A stretch of DNA of 64,000 nucleotides from Dehalococcoidia bacterium (GTDB taxonomy: Bacteria > Chloroflexota > Dehalococcoidia > Bin125): the NCBI GenBank assembly GCA_965262235.1, contig OZ253504.1, positions 785,365-849,364 of the forward strand. The letters run 5' to 3'. Under the pieces are notes generated by a model. It was given only the letters and a program-made list of their open reading frames with translations. It was not told where the DNA came from and searched no databases. Numbering within the stretch: position 1 is the stretch's first letter; each line of letters opens with the position of its first letter. A program made the position numbers and the translations under genes. Of the stretch, positions 55,655 to 64,000 are shown piece after piece.

Positions 55655-56908
55655 ATGGTTCGTCTCGCAGACCTTCACCCCGACATGGCCAAGAACCTGC
55701 TCGGCCTTGAACTCCCCCAGCTCGCCGGCGCCGACTGGATCACCCCGCCTCCGCTCAACGAGGCAACCATCGCGATCGTCACGACCGCCGGCCTCAGCCG
55801 ACGCGACGACCGGCCCTTCACCCCCGGCGCACTTGAGTACCGCCTGATCCCCGGCGACACCAAGCCCGCCGACCTGCTCATGTCCCACCTCAGCGTCAAC
55901 TTCGACCGCTCCGCCTGGCAGCAGGACCACAACATCGCCTTCCCCACCGACCGCCTCCGCGAGCTGGCCGACGCCGGCGAGATCGGCGGCGTCGCTCCGC
56001 ATCACTACTCATTCATGGGCGCACAGCCCCAGCCGGCCCGCCTCGAAGAGGTCGGTGAAGAAGTCGGCCGCCTGCTCCGCGAAGCCGATGTCGACGCCGC
56101 CTTCCTCACACCCGTTTGACCCTTCTGCACGCGCTCCGTTGGAGCGCTCTCCCACTTCATCGAGCGCCAGGGCGTTGCCACCACCGGCGTCAGCCTGATT
56201 CGCGAACACACCGTCGGCATGGCCGTCCCCCGCTCCATCGCCGTCCCCTTCCCCTTCGGGCGACCGCTCGGCCTCCCCGACCAACCCGACCTCCAGCGCG
56301 ACATCCTGCGCAAGTCCCTCGCCCTGCTCAACACCGCCACCGAATCGACCGTCGTCGACTACGAATACGACCAACCGATCGGCGATCCCGCCGGCGAGTG
56401 GGCCTGCTCCATCATGCTCCCCCAGCCTGAGATCACCGACGAAGCCGACGCCCTCATCCAGGGCCTGCTCAACGAGGTCCGCGCCCTCGCACCGTGGTAC
56501 GACGAGGCCTTCCGCGCCCGCGGACGCACCACCGTCGGCGCGACCGGCCTCAGCGCCGATCACATCGAGGTCATGGCCGCCGAAATCGCCGCCTACGCAG
56601 GCGGCGCCGACCTCGGCGACGACGCCGAAGAGGCGCCCGCCTGGGCCCACCCCAACCCGGTCCGGCTCAAGTTCATCGCCGACGATCTCCGCGCCTTCTA
56701 CCACGAGGCGATCAGCGCCCAGCCCGGCTCGCCGCCCTCCTCCGATGTCGACCTCAACACCTGGGTCTTCGGTCAGACCGCGCTCGGCGAGGTCATCCGC
56801 CTCGTCGCCGACCGCTTCCAGGGGAGCGGCGACCGCCGCCTCGCCGGCCTCGTCATCGGCCTCATCCCCGGAGGCTTCCGCTCCCGCAGCCTCCGCACCT
56901 GGGGCTGA
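55655..56908 (+). CDS. PrdB/GrdB-family selenoprotein (Sec at TGA 56117-56119) with C-terminal extension
   Basis: AIVTTAG, HYSFMG, LTPV-U-PFCTR; the frame continues ERQGVATT..REH...PRS..VPFPFGRPLG; GGAGGA RBS. Confidence 0.85.
56131..56147 (+). promoter_or_regulatory. Putative bacterial SECIS hairpin
   Basis: GCGCTCC-GTT-GGAGCGC beginning 11 nt after the in-frame TGA. Confidence 0.6.
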
Positions 56909-56940
56909 CAACGCCGATCGCCCAACCCGGCTGACGCGCC

Positions 56941-57062
56941 AAGCAACCTCCAAACAACCGTGATCCTCTCTTCGCCCGCTATGCGCGGGGAGATGTCGCG
57001 AAATTGGATCCCCTCTCCCCCCGCTTCGCGGGGGGAGATGTCACGAAGTGACAGAGGGGGGC
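56941..57062. repeat. REP/MITE-like element
   Basis: AAGCAACCTCCAAACAAC end; GTCACGAAGTGAC hairpin. Confidence 0.75.
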
Positions 57063-57141
57063 CCGCCCCATCTCCCCTACGCCCCCGATTCCCCGCACCA
57101 ACTCCCCCCGCACAGCGACACGCGAGCTGCCCACAGCCCCC

Positions 57142-58749
57142 CTACCCCCGCACCGGACTCAACGGATCCCCCTCGTCATACGACAGCGTGAAATCCACCC
57201 CCACACCCTCCAAATCCCCGCTCAAATCCTCCCCCAGCGGCTTCGCCCCAAACTCCACCCACGAAACCATCGCCGCCAAGGTCGACGCCGCCTCCAACGC
57301 GCTGAAGTTGCAGTGCCCCGCCCGACGCACCGCGCGCATCGCCAGATTCTCCCCGTAACCCGCCGCCTCGACCAACCGCTGATAGTCCCGGTCCAGATGA
57401 ATCGGCGTATACAAATCCCCCGTCGTCTTCAGGCACAACAGCGGAACCTCCAGCCGCCCGCTCGGCACACCCACACCTGGATCGCTCCGTCGCCCCGCGC
57501 CCGAACGCACCCGCACCACCTCCGCGTTCAAGCGCTCAAGATCAACATCAACCCCATCAGCCCCACCCGACAGCCTGAACTCAAACCCCGTCGTGTCAAA
57601 CGGAATCTCCGCATCGCCGAGCTCAATCACCTCCCCCGCCGCAAACGGCGCAGAGCCGATCAGCGTCGGCCACGTCAGCGCACCCACCTCAAACGAGCGC
57701 TCCCACTGGTCCGCCAAGCCCTCACGGAACGCCCAGCGCGGCCCGCCCGTCAGCTCCTCGATCACCGCCGCGAACCGCTCACCATCCCCCGTCAGCTCTA
57801 ACCGGCCAGCCGCATCAACCTGACCAAGCGCCGACCCCCACTGAACGAGTCCAACCGCGTCTAACCGCTCCGGCGGCTGCCCGATGAACCACATCGCCAG
57901 CGTGTGCCATGCGGCCAGATAGTCCGCCACCCAGACATTGCCCAGCGCCCCGCAGAACGCCACCGCCCCGCTCAGCTCCTCCGGAAACTCCTGCGCCATC
58001 AGCTGCGCCGTCGCGCCGCCCATCGATCCGCCCGCGCAGAACGTCCGCAGCGGCGCCCCGAACAGCTCGCCGACCCGGTCCTTGACCAACAGCAGGTCAT
58101 CCACCCCCACGCCCGGCACGTAGCCCGAGGACCGATACGTGCTCGTCGCCCAGCCATAGCCCAGACCGATCACCAGCTCCCGCACCGGCATCGAGAAGCT
58201 CAGCCGCTCCGTTGGACCCGTCCCGCTCTCATTCAGCCCCGAAAACCCTTGCGCCCACAGCAGCAGCGAGCCGTTCCACTCGTCCGGGACCTCGATCCGA
58301 TACCCCGCCCCCTCGATCACTCCCCACTCCGCCCGCGCCCCGGCGAGCGGCGCGAACTCAGGCTCCTCCATCGAGCAGCTCCCGCACTTCGCGTCCGGCA
58401 CAAGCCGCCGCCGCCCCGCCACAACCGGCTGGACGACCTGCTGCCCAACCTCCTGCTCAGCCACCTCCTGAACGCGAACCTGCTGCTGCGCCGCCTGCAC
58501 CTCGACCTGCTCCTCCGCCCGCGCTGCCTCCGGAGCCGCCTCAGCCTCCGGGTCCGGCTCGGACTGCTTCCCACCTGCCCCCTGAACCTGCTCTTGCACC
58601 ACACCCGCCGCCGCCGGCTCCCCCTCCGGCGACGCATCTGGCAGCGGCGGCTCCTCCGACTCCCCGCATCCCACCAGCAGCAGCGCCCCCACACCCGAGC
58701 CGATCTTCGCGCCCCGCACCATCAGCTGACGCCGGGTGAGCGCTGCCAT
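57142..58749 (-). CDS. Tat-exported alpha/beta-hydrolase lipoprotein
   Basis: LTRRQLM, LVGC lipobox, E/Q/A-rich linker, GGSMGG, GDLYTP, AGHC. Confidence 0.75.
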   Translation of the reverse strand: MAALTRRQLMVRGAKIGSGVGALLLVGCGESEEPPLPDASPEGEPAAAGVVQEQVQGAGGKQSEPDPEAEAAPEAARAEEQVEVQAAQQQVRVQEVAEQEVGQQVVQPVVAGRRRLVPDAKCGSCSMEEPEFAPLAGARAEWGVIEGAGYRIEVPDEWNGSLLLWAQGFSGLNESGTGPTERLSFSMPVRELVIGLGYGWATSTYRSSGYVPGVGVDDLLLVKDRVGELFGAPLRTFCAGGSMGGATAQLMAQEFPEELSGAVAFCGALGNVWVADYLAAWHTLAMWFIGQPPERLDAVGLVQWGSALGQVDAAGRLELTGDGERFAAVIEELTGGPRWAFREGLADQWERSFEVGALTWPTLIGSAPFAAGEVIELGDAEIPFDTTGFEFRLSGGADGVDVDLERLNAEVVRVRSGAGRRSDPGVGVPSGRLEVPLLCLKTTGDLYTPIHLDRDYQRLVEAAGYGENLAMRAVRRAGHCNFSALEAASTLAAMVSWVEFGAKPLGEDLSGDLEGVGVDFTLSYDEGDPLSPVRG

Positions 58750-58877
58750 GCTCGCGAGCGTATCGCCGCCGCGATTGCGACAGCGCAGACGCGCGGGTAT
58801 GTTCGCAATCGTCACCGAATCCCCTACGAACTCGTGCACACTCGCTCCGAGCGGCACGCAATGGATGAGCGTCGCCT

Positions 58878-60140
58878 GTGAATATCCACGAGTACCAGGC
58901 CAAAGCAATCCTCCGCGCCCACGGCGTGCCTATCCCCGCCGGCGGACGCACCACCACCGTCCGCGACGCGCGCAGCATCATCCGCGAACTCGGCGGCAAG
59001 GTCGTCGTCAAGGCCCAGGTCCACGCCGGTGGCCGCGGCAAGGGCCGCGTCGTCGCTACTGCCGGAAGTACCGCCGAGATGTACGAACGCCTCGAAGCCG
59101 ACCCCGCCAACGTCGAAGGCGCCGTCGTCGGCCCCCGGCGCGGCGGCGTCCGCCTCGCCGAGGGCATCGAGAACGCCCTCGAGGAATACCGCGGCCTCGC
59201 CGGTCACTTTCTCGTCACCCACCAGACCGGCCCCGGCGGCGCAAAGATCTCCAGCGTCCTGATCGAGGAACAGACCGATATCGCCTCCGAGTTCTACGCC
59301 GCCGTCCTGATCGACGGCAGCATCGGCAAGCCCGTCGTCGTCGCCTCCACCGAAGGCGGCCAGTCCATTGAGGAGGTCGCCGCCGAAAAGCCCCGCGCCA
59401 TCATCCGCCAGCCCGTCGACCCCGATGTCGGCTTCCCCGCCTTCCGCGGCCGCCAGCTCGCACGCCGCCTGCGCCTGCCCTCCTCCGCCATCCGCCCCAC
59501 CGGCGAGCTCTTCGCCGGCCTCTACCGCACCTTCGTCGACATCGACGCCACACTCGTCGAACTCAACCCCTTCTGCCTCACCGGCAACGGCGGGATCATC
59601 GCCGTCGACGCCAAAATCAACATCGACGACAACGCCAGCTTCCGCCAGCCACTCGAAGACCTGCGCGACCTCTCGCAGGAAGACAAGATGGAGATCGAGG
59701 CCGAAAAGGCCGGGATCGGCTCCTACATCAAGCTCGATGGCAACATTGGCTGCATGGTCAACGGCGCCGGCCTCGCCATGGCCACCATGGACTCGATCAT
59801 GCTGCACGGCGGCGAGCCCGCCAACTTCCTCGACATCGGCACCGTCAACCGCGTCGACCGCGTCATCTCCGCCCTCCGCATCATCCAGCAGGACCCCGCT
59901 GTCAAGGCCATCCTGATCAACATCTTCGGCGGCCTCGCCCGCGTCGACATCGTCGCCGAAGGCGTCGTCGCAGCCGTCAAGCAGCTCGGCATCACCCAGC
60001 CCATCATCGTCCGGCTCAACGGCTCCAACGTCGCAGAGGGCCGCAAAATCCTGATTGAGTCCGACATCACCGTTGAATCCGCCGACGAGCTCGCCGAAGC
60101 CTCACGCCTCGCCGTCGCAGCCGCCGCCCAGCAGCAGTAA
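58878..60140 (+). CDS. sucC: Succinyl-CoA ligase beta subunit
   Basis: [46 protein letters not shown]. Confidence 0.95.
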   Translation: MNIHEYQAKAILRAHGVPIPAGGRTTTVRDARSIIRELGGKVVVKAQVHAGGRGKGRVVATAGSTAEMYERLEADPANVEGAVVGPRRGGVRLAEGIENALEEYRGLAGHFLVTHQTGPGGAKISSVLIEEQTDIASEFYAAVLIDGSIGKPVVVASTEGGQSIEEVAAEKPRAIIRQPVDPDVGFPAFRGRQLARRLRLPSSAIRPTGELFAGLYRTFVDIDATLVELNPFCLTGNGGIIAVDAKINIDDNASFRQPLEDLRDLSQEDKMEIEAEKAGIGSYIKLDGNIGCMVNGAGLAMATMDSIMLHGGEPANFLDIGTVNRVDRVISALRIIQQDPAVKAILINIFGGLARVDIVAEGVVAAVKQLGITQPIIVRLNGSNVAEGRKILIESDITVESADELAEASRLAVAAAAQQQ

Positions 60141-60219
60141 GTAGCAACGGCAAGAAGTAGCAACGGCAAACCCGCCAAGCGGCCCAACCGCCCGACCCAA
60201 ACGAGTTGAAGGTCCCCAC

Positions 60220-61122
60220 ATGAGCATCCTTCTCAACCGCCGCACCCGCGTCATGATTCAGGGCCTCGGCAACGAGGGTCAGAACCAGATCCGCCGCTCC
60301 CTCGCCTACGACACCAAAGTCGTCGCCGGCGTCCACCCCGGCTTCCGCGGCGGCACCAGCTTCGAGGGCTTCCCCGTCTTCCCCACCGTGCAGGACGCCG
60401 TCAAGCGCACCGACGCCAACTGCACCATCATCTACGTCCCCGCGCCCGGCGCAGCCGACGCCATCCTCGAAGCCGTCGACGCGGAAATCCCGCTCGTCAT
60501 CTGCATCACCGAAGGCGTCCCGATCCACGACATGGTCCGCGTCCGCCAGGCGCTCGCCAGCTCCAAGAGCCGCCTGATCGGCCCCAACTGCCCCGGCGTC
60601 ATTCACCCCGCCTCCAGCTGCCGCGTCGGCATCATGCCGACCGACATCTTCCGCACCGGCCGCGTCGGCGTCGTCTCCCGCTCCGGCACCCTCGTCTACG
60701 AAGCCGTCGACCAGCTCACCCGCGCCGGGATCGGCCAGTCCACCTGCGTCGGCGTCGGCGGCGACCCCATCATCGGCACCCAGCAGGTCGAAGCCCTGCG
60801 CATGTTCAACAGCGACCCCGAAACCGACGCCGTCGTGCTCATCGGCGAGATCGGCGGCACCGCCGAGCAGGCCTCCGCCGCATTCATCAAGCGCCGCATG
60901 AACAAGCCCGTCGTCGCCTTCGTCGCCGGTGCCACCGCCCCTCCCGGTCGCCGCATGGGCCACGCCGGCGCGATCATCGAGGGCAAGCACGGCACCGCCG
61001 AAGCAAAGCTCGCCGCCCTCGAAGAAGCCGGCGCCGTGATCAGCCGCAGCCCCGCCGAGATCGGCTCGACGATGGCCCGGGTCCTCCACGAGCACGGCCT
61101 CGAAGCCGCGATCAACGGCTAG
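60220..61122 (+). CDS. sucD: Succinyl-CoA ligase alpha subunit
   Basis: [32 protein letters not shown]. Confidence 0.96.
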   Translation: MSILLNRRTRVMIQGLGNEGQNQIRRSLAYDTKVVAGVHPGFRGGTSFEGFPVFPTVQDAVKRTDANCTIIYVPAPGAADAILEAVDAEIPLVICITEGVPIHDMVRVRQALASSKSRLIGPNCPGVIHPASSCRVGIMPTDIFRTGRVGVVSRSGTLVYEAVDQLTRAGIGQSTCVGVGGDPIIGTQQVEALRMFNSDPETDAVVLIGEIGGTAEQASAAFIKRRMNKPVVAFVAGATAPPGRRMGHAGAIIEGKHGTAEAKLAALEEAGAVISRSPAEIGSTMARVLHEHGLEAAING

Positions 61123-61127
61123 CCCCA

Positions 61128-61358
61128 ATGTCCTCACACGACCAGCCTCCAACCGACGACGACCCCTCGATCACCGGCGCGGTCCGCCAGCAGCCCGGCC
61201 TCGCCGCACGCGCCGGCCTGCTCGCCCCCCTCCTCGGCATCGCCCTGCTCGTGATCCTCGGCCTCACCGTCAACGTCTGGCTCGGCGTCGCCGTCGGCTT
61301 CGCCACCACCCTCATCGCCCTCCCCCTCACCCTCTGGCTCCTCTCCCGCCGCCGCTGA
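61128..61358 (+). CDS. Small two-TM membrane protein
   Basis: Hydrophobic hairpin ending RRR; 5 nt after sucD. Confidence 0.55.
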   Translation: MSSHDQPPTDDDPSITGAVRQQPGLAARAGLLAPLLGIALLVILGLTVNVWLGVAVGFATTLIALPLTLWLLSRRR

Positions 61359-61388
61359 CCAACCCCTCCGGTGGCCCAAAACCTCCCT

Positions 61389-61414
61389 GTAGGGGCGACC
61401 CTTGTGGTCGCCCT
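61389..61414 (+). repeat. GTAG-type REP
   Basis: GTAG-GGGCGACC-CTTGT-GGTCGCCC. Confidence 0.75.
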
Positions 61415-61443
61415 CCCCGCTCACCGAACCTCAGCCCGTCCGA

Positions 61444-62337
61444 CTAGTCGTCGTCGTCATCATCCCCGTAGCACTCGAGAAACGCGTCCGCCTCCGGCGC
61501 CTCGTTCCTCACCTCCTTGCCCTCCACCGACCCCGGGTCCGCCAGGAACGCCACAATCTCCGCCATCGTCACCGGTCCCAGATCGCCGTCATCGACGATG
61601 TTCGTCCCGTGCAGATCCGTGTCCAGCACCACCAGCCGCGCCGGCGCCGCCGAACGCTCGAAATACCGCTCCGAATACAGATACGCGCACCGATTCGTGG
61701 CGCCCACGATGAACAGCTTCGGGACCGTGATCTCGCCGACCGTCTTCAACCCGTCCAGCCGATCCCAGGTCGTCCCGTCGTATCCGCGGTAGCCGTCCTC
61801 CACCCGATTGCGGAAGACGTTCGGGCTCGAAATCGCCCCTACCGCACGGAACTCGTCGCGATAGGCCGCCACCTGCATCAAACTCGTCCCGCCGAAACTC
61901 GCCCCGAAGCCTGCGATCCGCTCCGCCCCCTGATCGACCGCGTAGTCGATCGCCGCCTCCCACTCCTGCCAGACATCGGGAACGTCATCGTTCTTCGCGT
62001 TGCTGTACACACACGGGCTCTCCCCGTGGCAGCGGAAGTCCCACACCATCACCCGGTACCCCTCCTCCAGCAGCCGATCCGCCAGACGGTCCCAGGTGTG
62101 CCGATGCGTCGGGAACTGGTGACCGAGCAGCACCCAGTCGTCGCCCGTCCCACGCACCTCAGCGACGAACCGCTCGCCGTCCAACGAGCGCAACACGAAT
62201 GCATCGCTAACCGTCCCCAGCGCCAGCGGAACCGCGATCGCCAGCGCCACCACCAACGCCCCCAACGCCGCCATCGGACCCAGCAGCCGGTGCGTCAGCG
62301 CCGATCGCGCAAGCCTCAACAGACGCTCGCCAACCAT
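61444..62337 (-). CDS. Membrane-anchored alpha/beta hydrolase
   Basis: WDFRCHGES, GASFGG, LHGT; N-terminal TM segment; start uncertain. Confidence 0.75.
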   Translation of the reverse strand: MVGERLLRLARSALTHRLLGPMAALGALVVALAIAVPLALGTVSDAFVLRSLDGERFVAEVRGTGDDWVLLGHQFPTHRHTWDRLADRLLEEGYRVMVWDFRCHGESPCVYSNAKNDDVPDVWQEWEAAIDYAVDQGAERIAGFGASFGGTSLMQVAAYRDEFRAVGAISSPNVFRNRVEDGYRGYDGTTWDRLDGLKTVGEITVPKLFIVGATNRCAYLYSERYFERSAAPARLVVLDTDLHGTNIVDDGDLGPVTMAEIVAFLADPGSVEGKEVRNEAPEADAFLECYGDDDDDD

Positions 62338-62428
62338 GTTCAGCCGTTCACGCTCAACGATGATTCGCCGCAACATTCGCACAGGCTACCGCCCGTCCGG
62401 TCGACCGGTCCGCTGCTACGCTCGCTCT

Positions 62429-62518
62429 GGAGGGTTCGCATAGTGGCCTAGTGCGCCCGCCTGCTAAGCGGGTTCCGGGGAGACTCGGTCGTGGGTTCGA
62501 ATCCCACACCCTCCGCCA
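62429..62518 (+). tRNA. tRNA-Ser(GCT)
   Basis: GGAGGGT/ACCCTCC acceptor, CCCGC-CTGCTAA-GCGGG, long variable arm, CCA. Confidence 0.95.
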
Positions 62519-62594
62519 CGGAACCCCCCATTCCCTCACGTGCCCTCACGCACCCCCATCGAGAGCGCCCCCAAACCCGGCCACGAGACCACCC

Positions 62595-63932
62595 ATGCCT
62601 CAGTTTCACATCTGGACCGTCGGCTGCCAGGTCAACACCGCCGACAGCGCCAAGCTCGCCGCCGGCCTCCAGCGCCTCGGCTACGAACAGACCGACCAGC
62701 CCCGCGACGCCCAACTCGTCGTGCTCAACACCTGCGCCATCCGCCAGCACGCCGAAGACAAGGCCAGCGCCAAGCTCGGCACGCTCAAGCGCATGCGCCT
62801 CGACCGCCCCGACATGCGCGTCGCGGTCATGGGCTGCATGGTCGGCCCCAAAACCGTCCGCCGCGATGATCCGCTCTCCAAGCGCTTCCCCTGGGTCGAC
62901 GCCTGGGCTCAGCCCCAACACTTCGACCCCATCCTCGACCTGCTCGACCTCCCCCAACTCGAAGACGACGGCGGTGAGTTCTGGCCCCAGATCTTCCCCG
63001 ATGTCACCAGCCCCACCGCCTACGTGCCCGTCGTCGAAGGCTGTGACAAGTTCTGCACCTACTGCATCGTCCCGCTCCGCCGTGGACGCGAACGCAGCCG
63101 CCCGATCGACGAGATCCGCCGCGAGATCGAGGCTCACGTCAAGCGCGGCGTGCGCGAAGTCACCCTGCTCGGCCAGACCGTCGAGGCCTACGGCAAAGAC
63201 CAACCGGCTGTCGCGCCCGGCACTGACCACGCCGACCTCTTCGACCTGATGACCGCCATCCACGACCTCCCAGACCTCCTCCGCATCCGCCAGCTCACCT
63301 CCTACCCGCCTGACATGACCGACCGCATCCTCGAAGGCATGGCCAGCCTGCCCAAGGTCTGCGAAGCCTTCTCGCTGCCCGTCCAGTCCGGCTCCGACGA
63401 TGTGCTCACCAACATGCGCCGCGGCTACTCCGTCCACCAGTTCCGCGAGCGCGTCGAAAAGGTCCGCTCCCTCTGGCCCCATACCGGGATCAGCACCGAC
63501 GTGATCGTCGGCTTCCCCGGCGAAACCGACGCCGACTTCCAGGCCTCCCACGATCTCCTCGCCGAGCTCCGCTTCGACAAAGTCCACGTCGCCGCCTACA
63601 GCCCCCGCCCCGGCACCTTCGCCGACCACCGCCAGCCCGATGATGTCCCCGCCGCGATCAAATCCGAGCGCCTTCACGCCGTCGAAGACCTCCAACGCCA
63701 GGTCTCCAGCGAGATCAACTCGACCTACCTGCTACAGGACGTCGACGTGATCGTCGAACAGTCCAAGCCCGCCGACGACCCGGCCAACGAGCGCCTCACC
63801 GGCCGCACCCGCACCACGAAACTCGTCCACTTCGACGCCCCGACGGGCCGCTACCAACACGGCGACCTCCTCACCGTGACCGTCACCCGCACCGGCGCCT
63901 GGTCGCTCCAGGGCATCCCCGCCAACCCATGA
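62595..63932 (+). CDS. miaB: tRNA methylthiotransferase MiaB
   Basis: GCQVN, LNTCAIR, GCDKFCTYC, IVGFPGET, YSPRPGT, TRAM domain. Confidence 0.92.
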   Translation: MPQFHIWTVGCQVNTADSAKLAAGLQRLGYEQTDQPRDAQLVVLNTCAIRQHAEDKASAKLGTLKRMRLDRPDMRVAVMGCMVGPKTVRRDDPLSKRFPWVDAWAQPQHFDPILDLLDLPQLEDDGGEFWPQIFPDVTSPTAYVPVVEGCDKFCTYCIVPLRRGRERSRPIDEIRREIEAHVKRGVREVTLLGQTVEAYGKDQPAVAPGTDHADLFDLMTAIHDLPDLLRIRQLTSYPPDMTDRILEGMASLPKVCEAFSLPVQSGSDDVLTNMRRGYSVHQFRERVEKVRSLWPHTGISTDVIVGFPGETDADFQASHDLLAELRFDKVHVAAYSPRPGTFADHRQPDDVPAAIKSERLHAVEDLQRQVSSEINSTYLLQDVDVIVEQSKPADDPANERLTGRTRTTKLVHFDAPTGRYQHGDLLTVTVTRTGAWSLQGIPANP

Positions 63933-64000
63933 CCACCACCTCCGAGCCTCCTGCACCCGCATCTGCCGGCGTTCGCCACCCCGATGTCGCCGTCCTCGTC

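Noticed and set aside
55472-56908. Two separate genes or a nonsense pseudogene
   Set aside because: The TGA sits at the Sec position of a UxxC motif with a SECIS-like hairpin downstream
60139-60170. AAGTAGCAACGGCAA direct repeat between sucC and sucD
   Set aside because: Only two copies at a stop codon; a simple local duplication suffices
63929-64000. ORF start overlapping the miaB stop (possibly miaA)
   Set aside because: Truncated by the window edge before any diagnostic motif

Overview
High-GC bacterial chromosome segment; gene content suggests Chloroflexota/Dehalococcoidia-like (inference only). The housekeeping backbone comprises a split methylmalonyl-CoA mutase cluster, uvrC-xerD-eno, gap, ffh-rpsP-khpA-rimM, a TPP-riboswitch thiamine operon, sucCD, miaB and nine intact tRNA genes. 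Accessory DNA is concentrated at tRNAs, and no island integrase is visible. (1) A calcineurin-like metallophosphoesterase plus Hsp90-like GHKL ATPase operon lies behind tRNA-Arg(TCT); it is the best candidate for an undescribed defence/conflict system. (2) Two modules share both flanks (tlpA 3' end plus tRNA-Val on one side, a ~125-bp element on the other) but carry different cargo: Sir2-HerA-KTSC versus a DUF5677/HEPN-like gene. (3) A 644-bp PaREP1 tandem is joined through a chimeric Arg/Leu tRNA. (4) An array of promoter plus truncated tRNA-Phe plus hairpin units precedes the intact tRNA-Phe. Also present: a PrdB-like selenoprotein (in-frame UGA plus SECIS-like hairpin) that the ORF track splits in two, a thymidylate-kinase-like gene pair, many REP/MITE elements with GNA-triloop hairpins, and frequent leaderless promoters. 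All calls come from motif reading by eye; no database searches were run.
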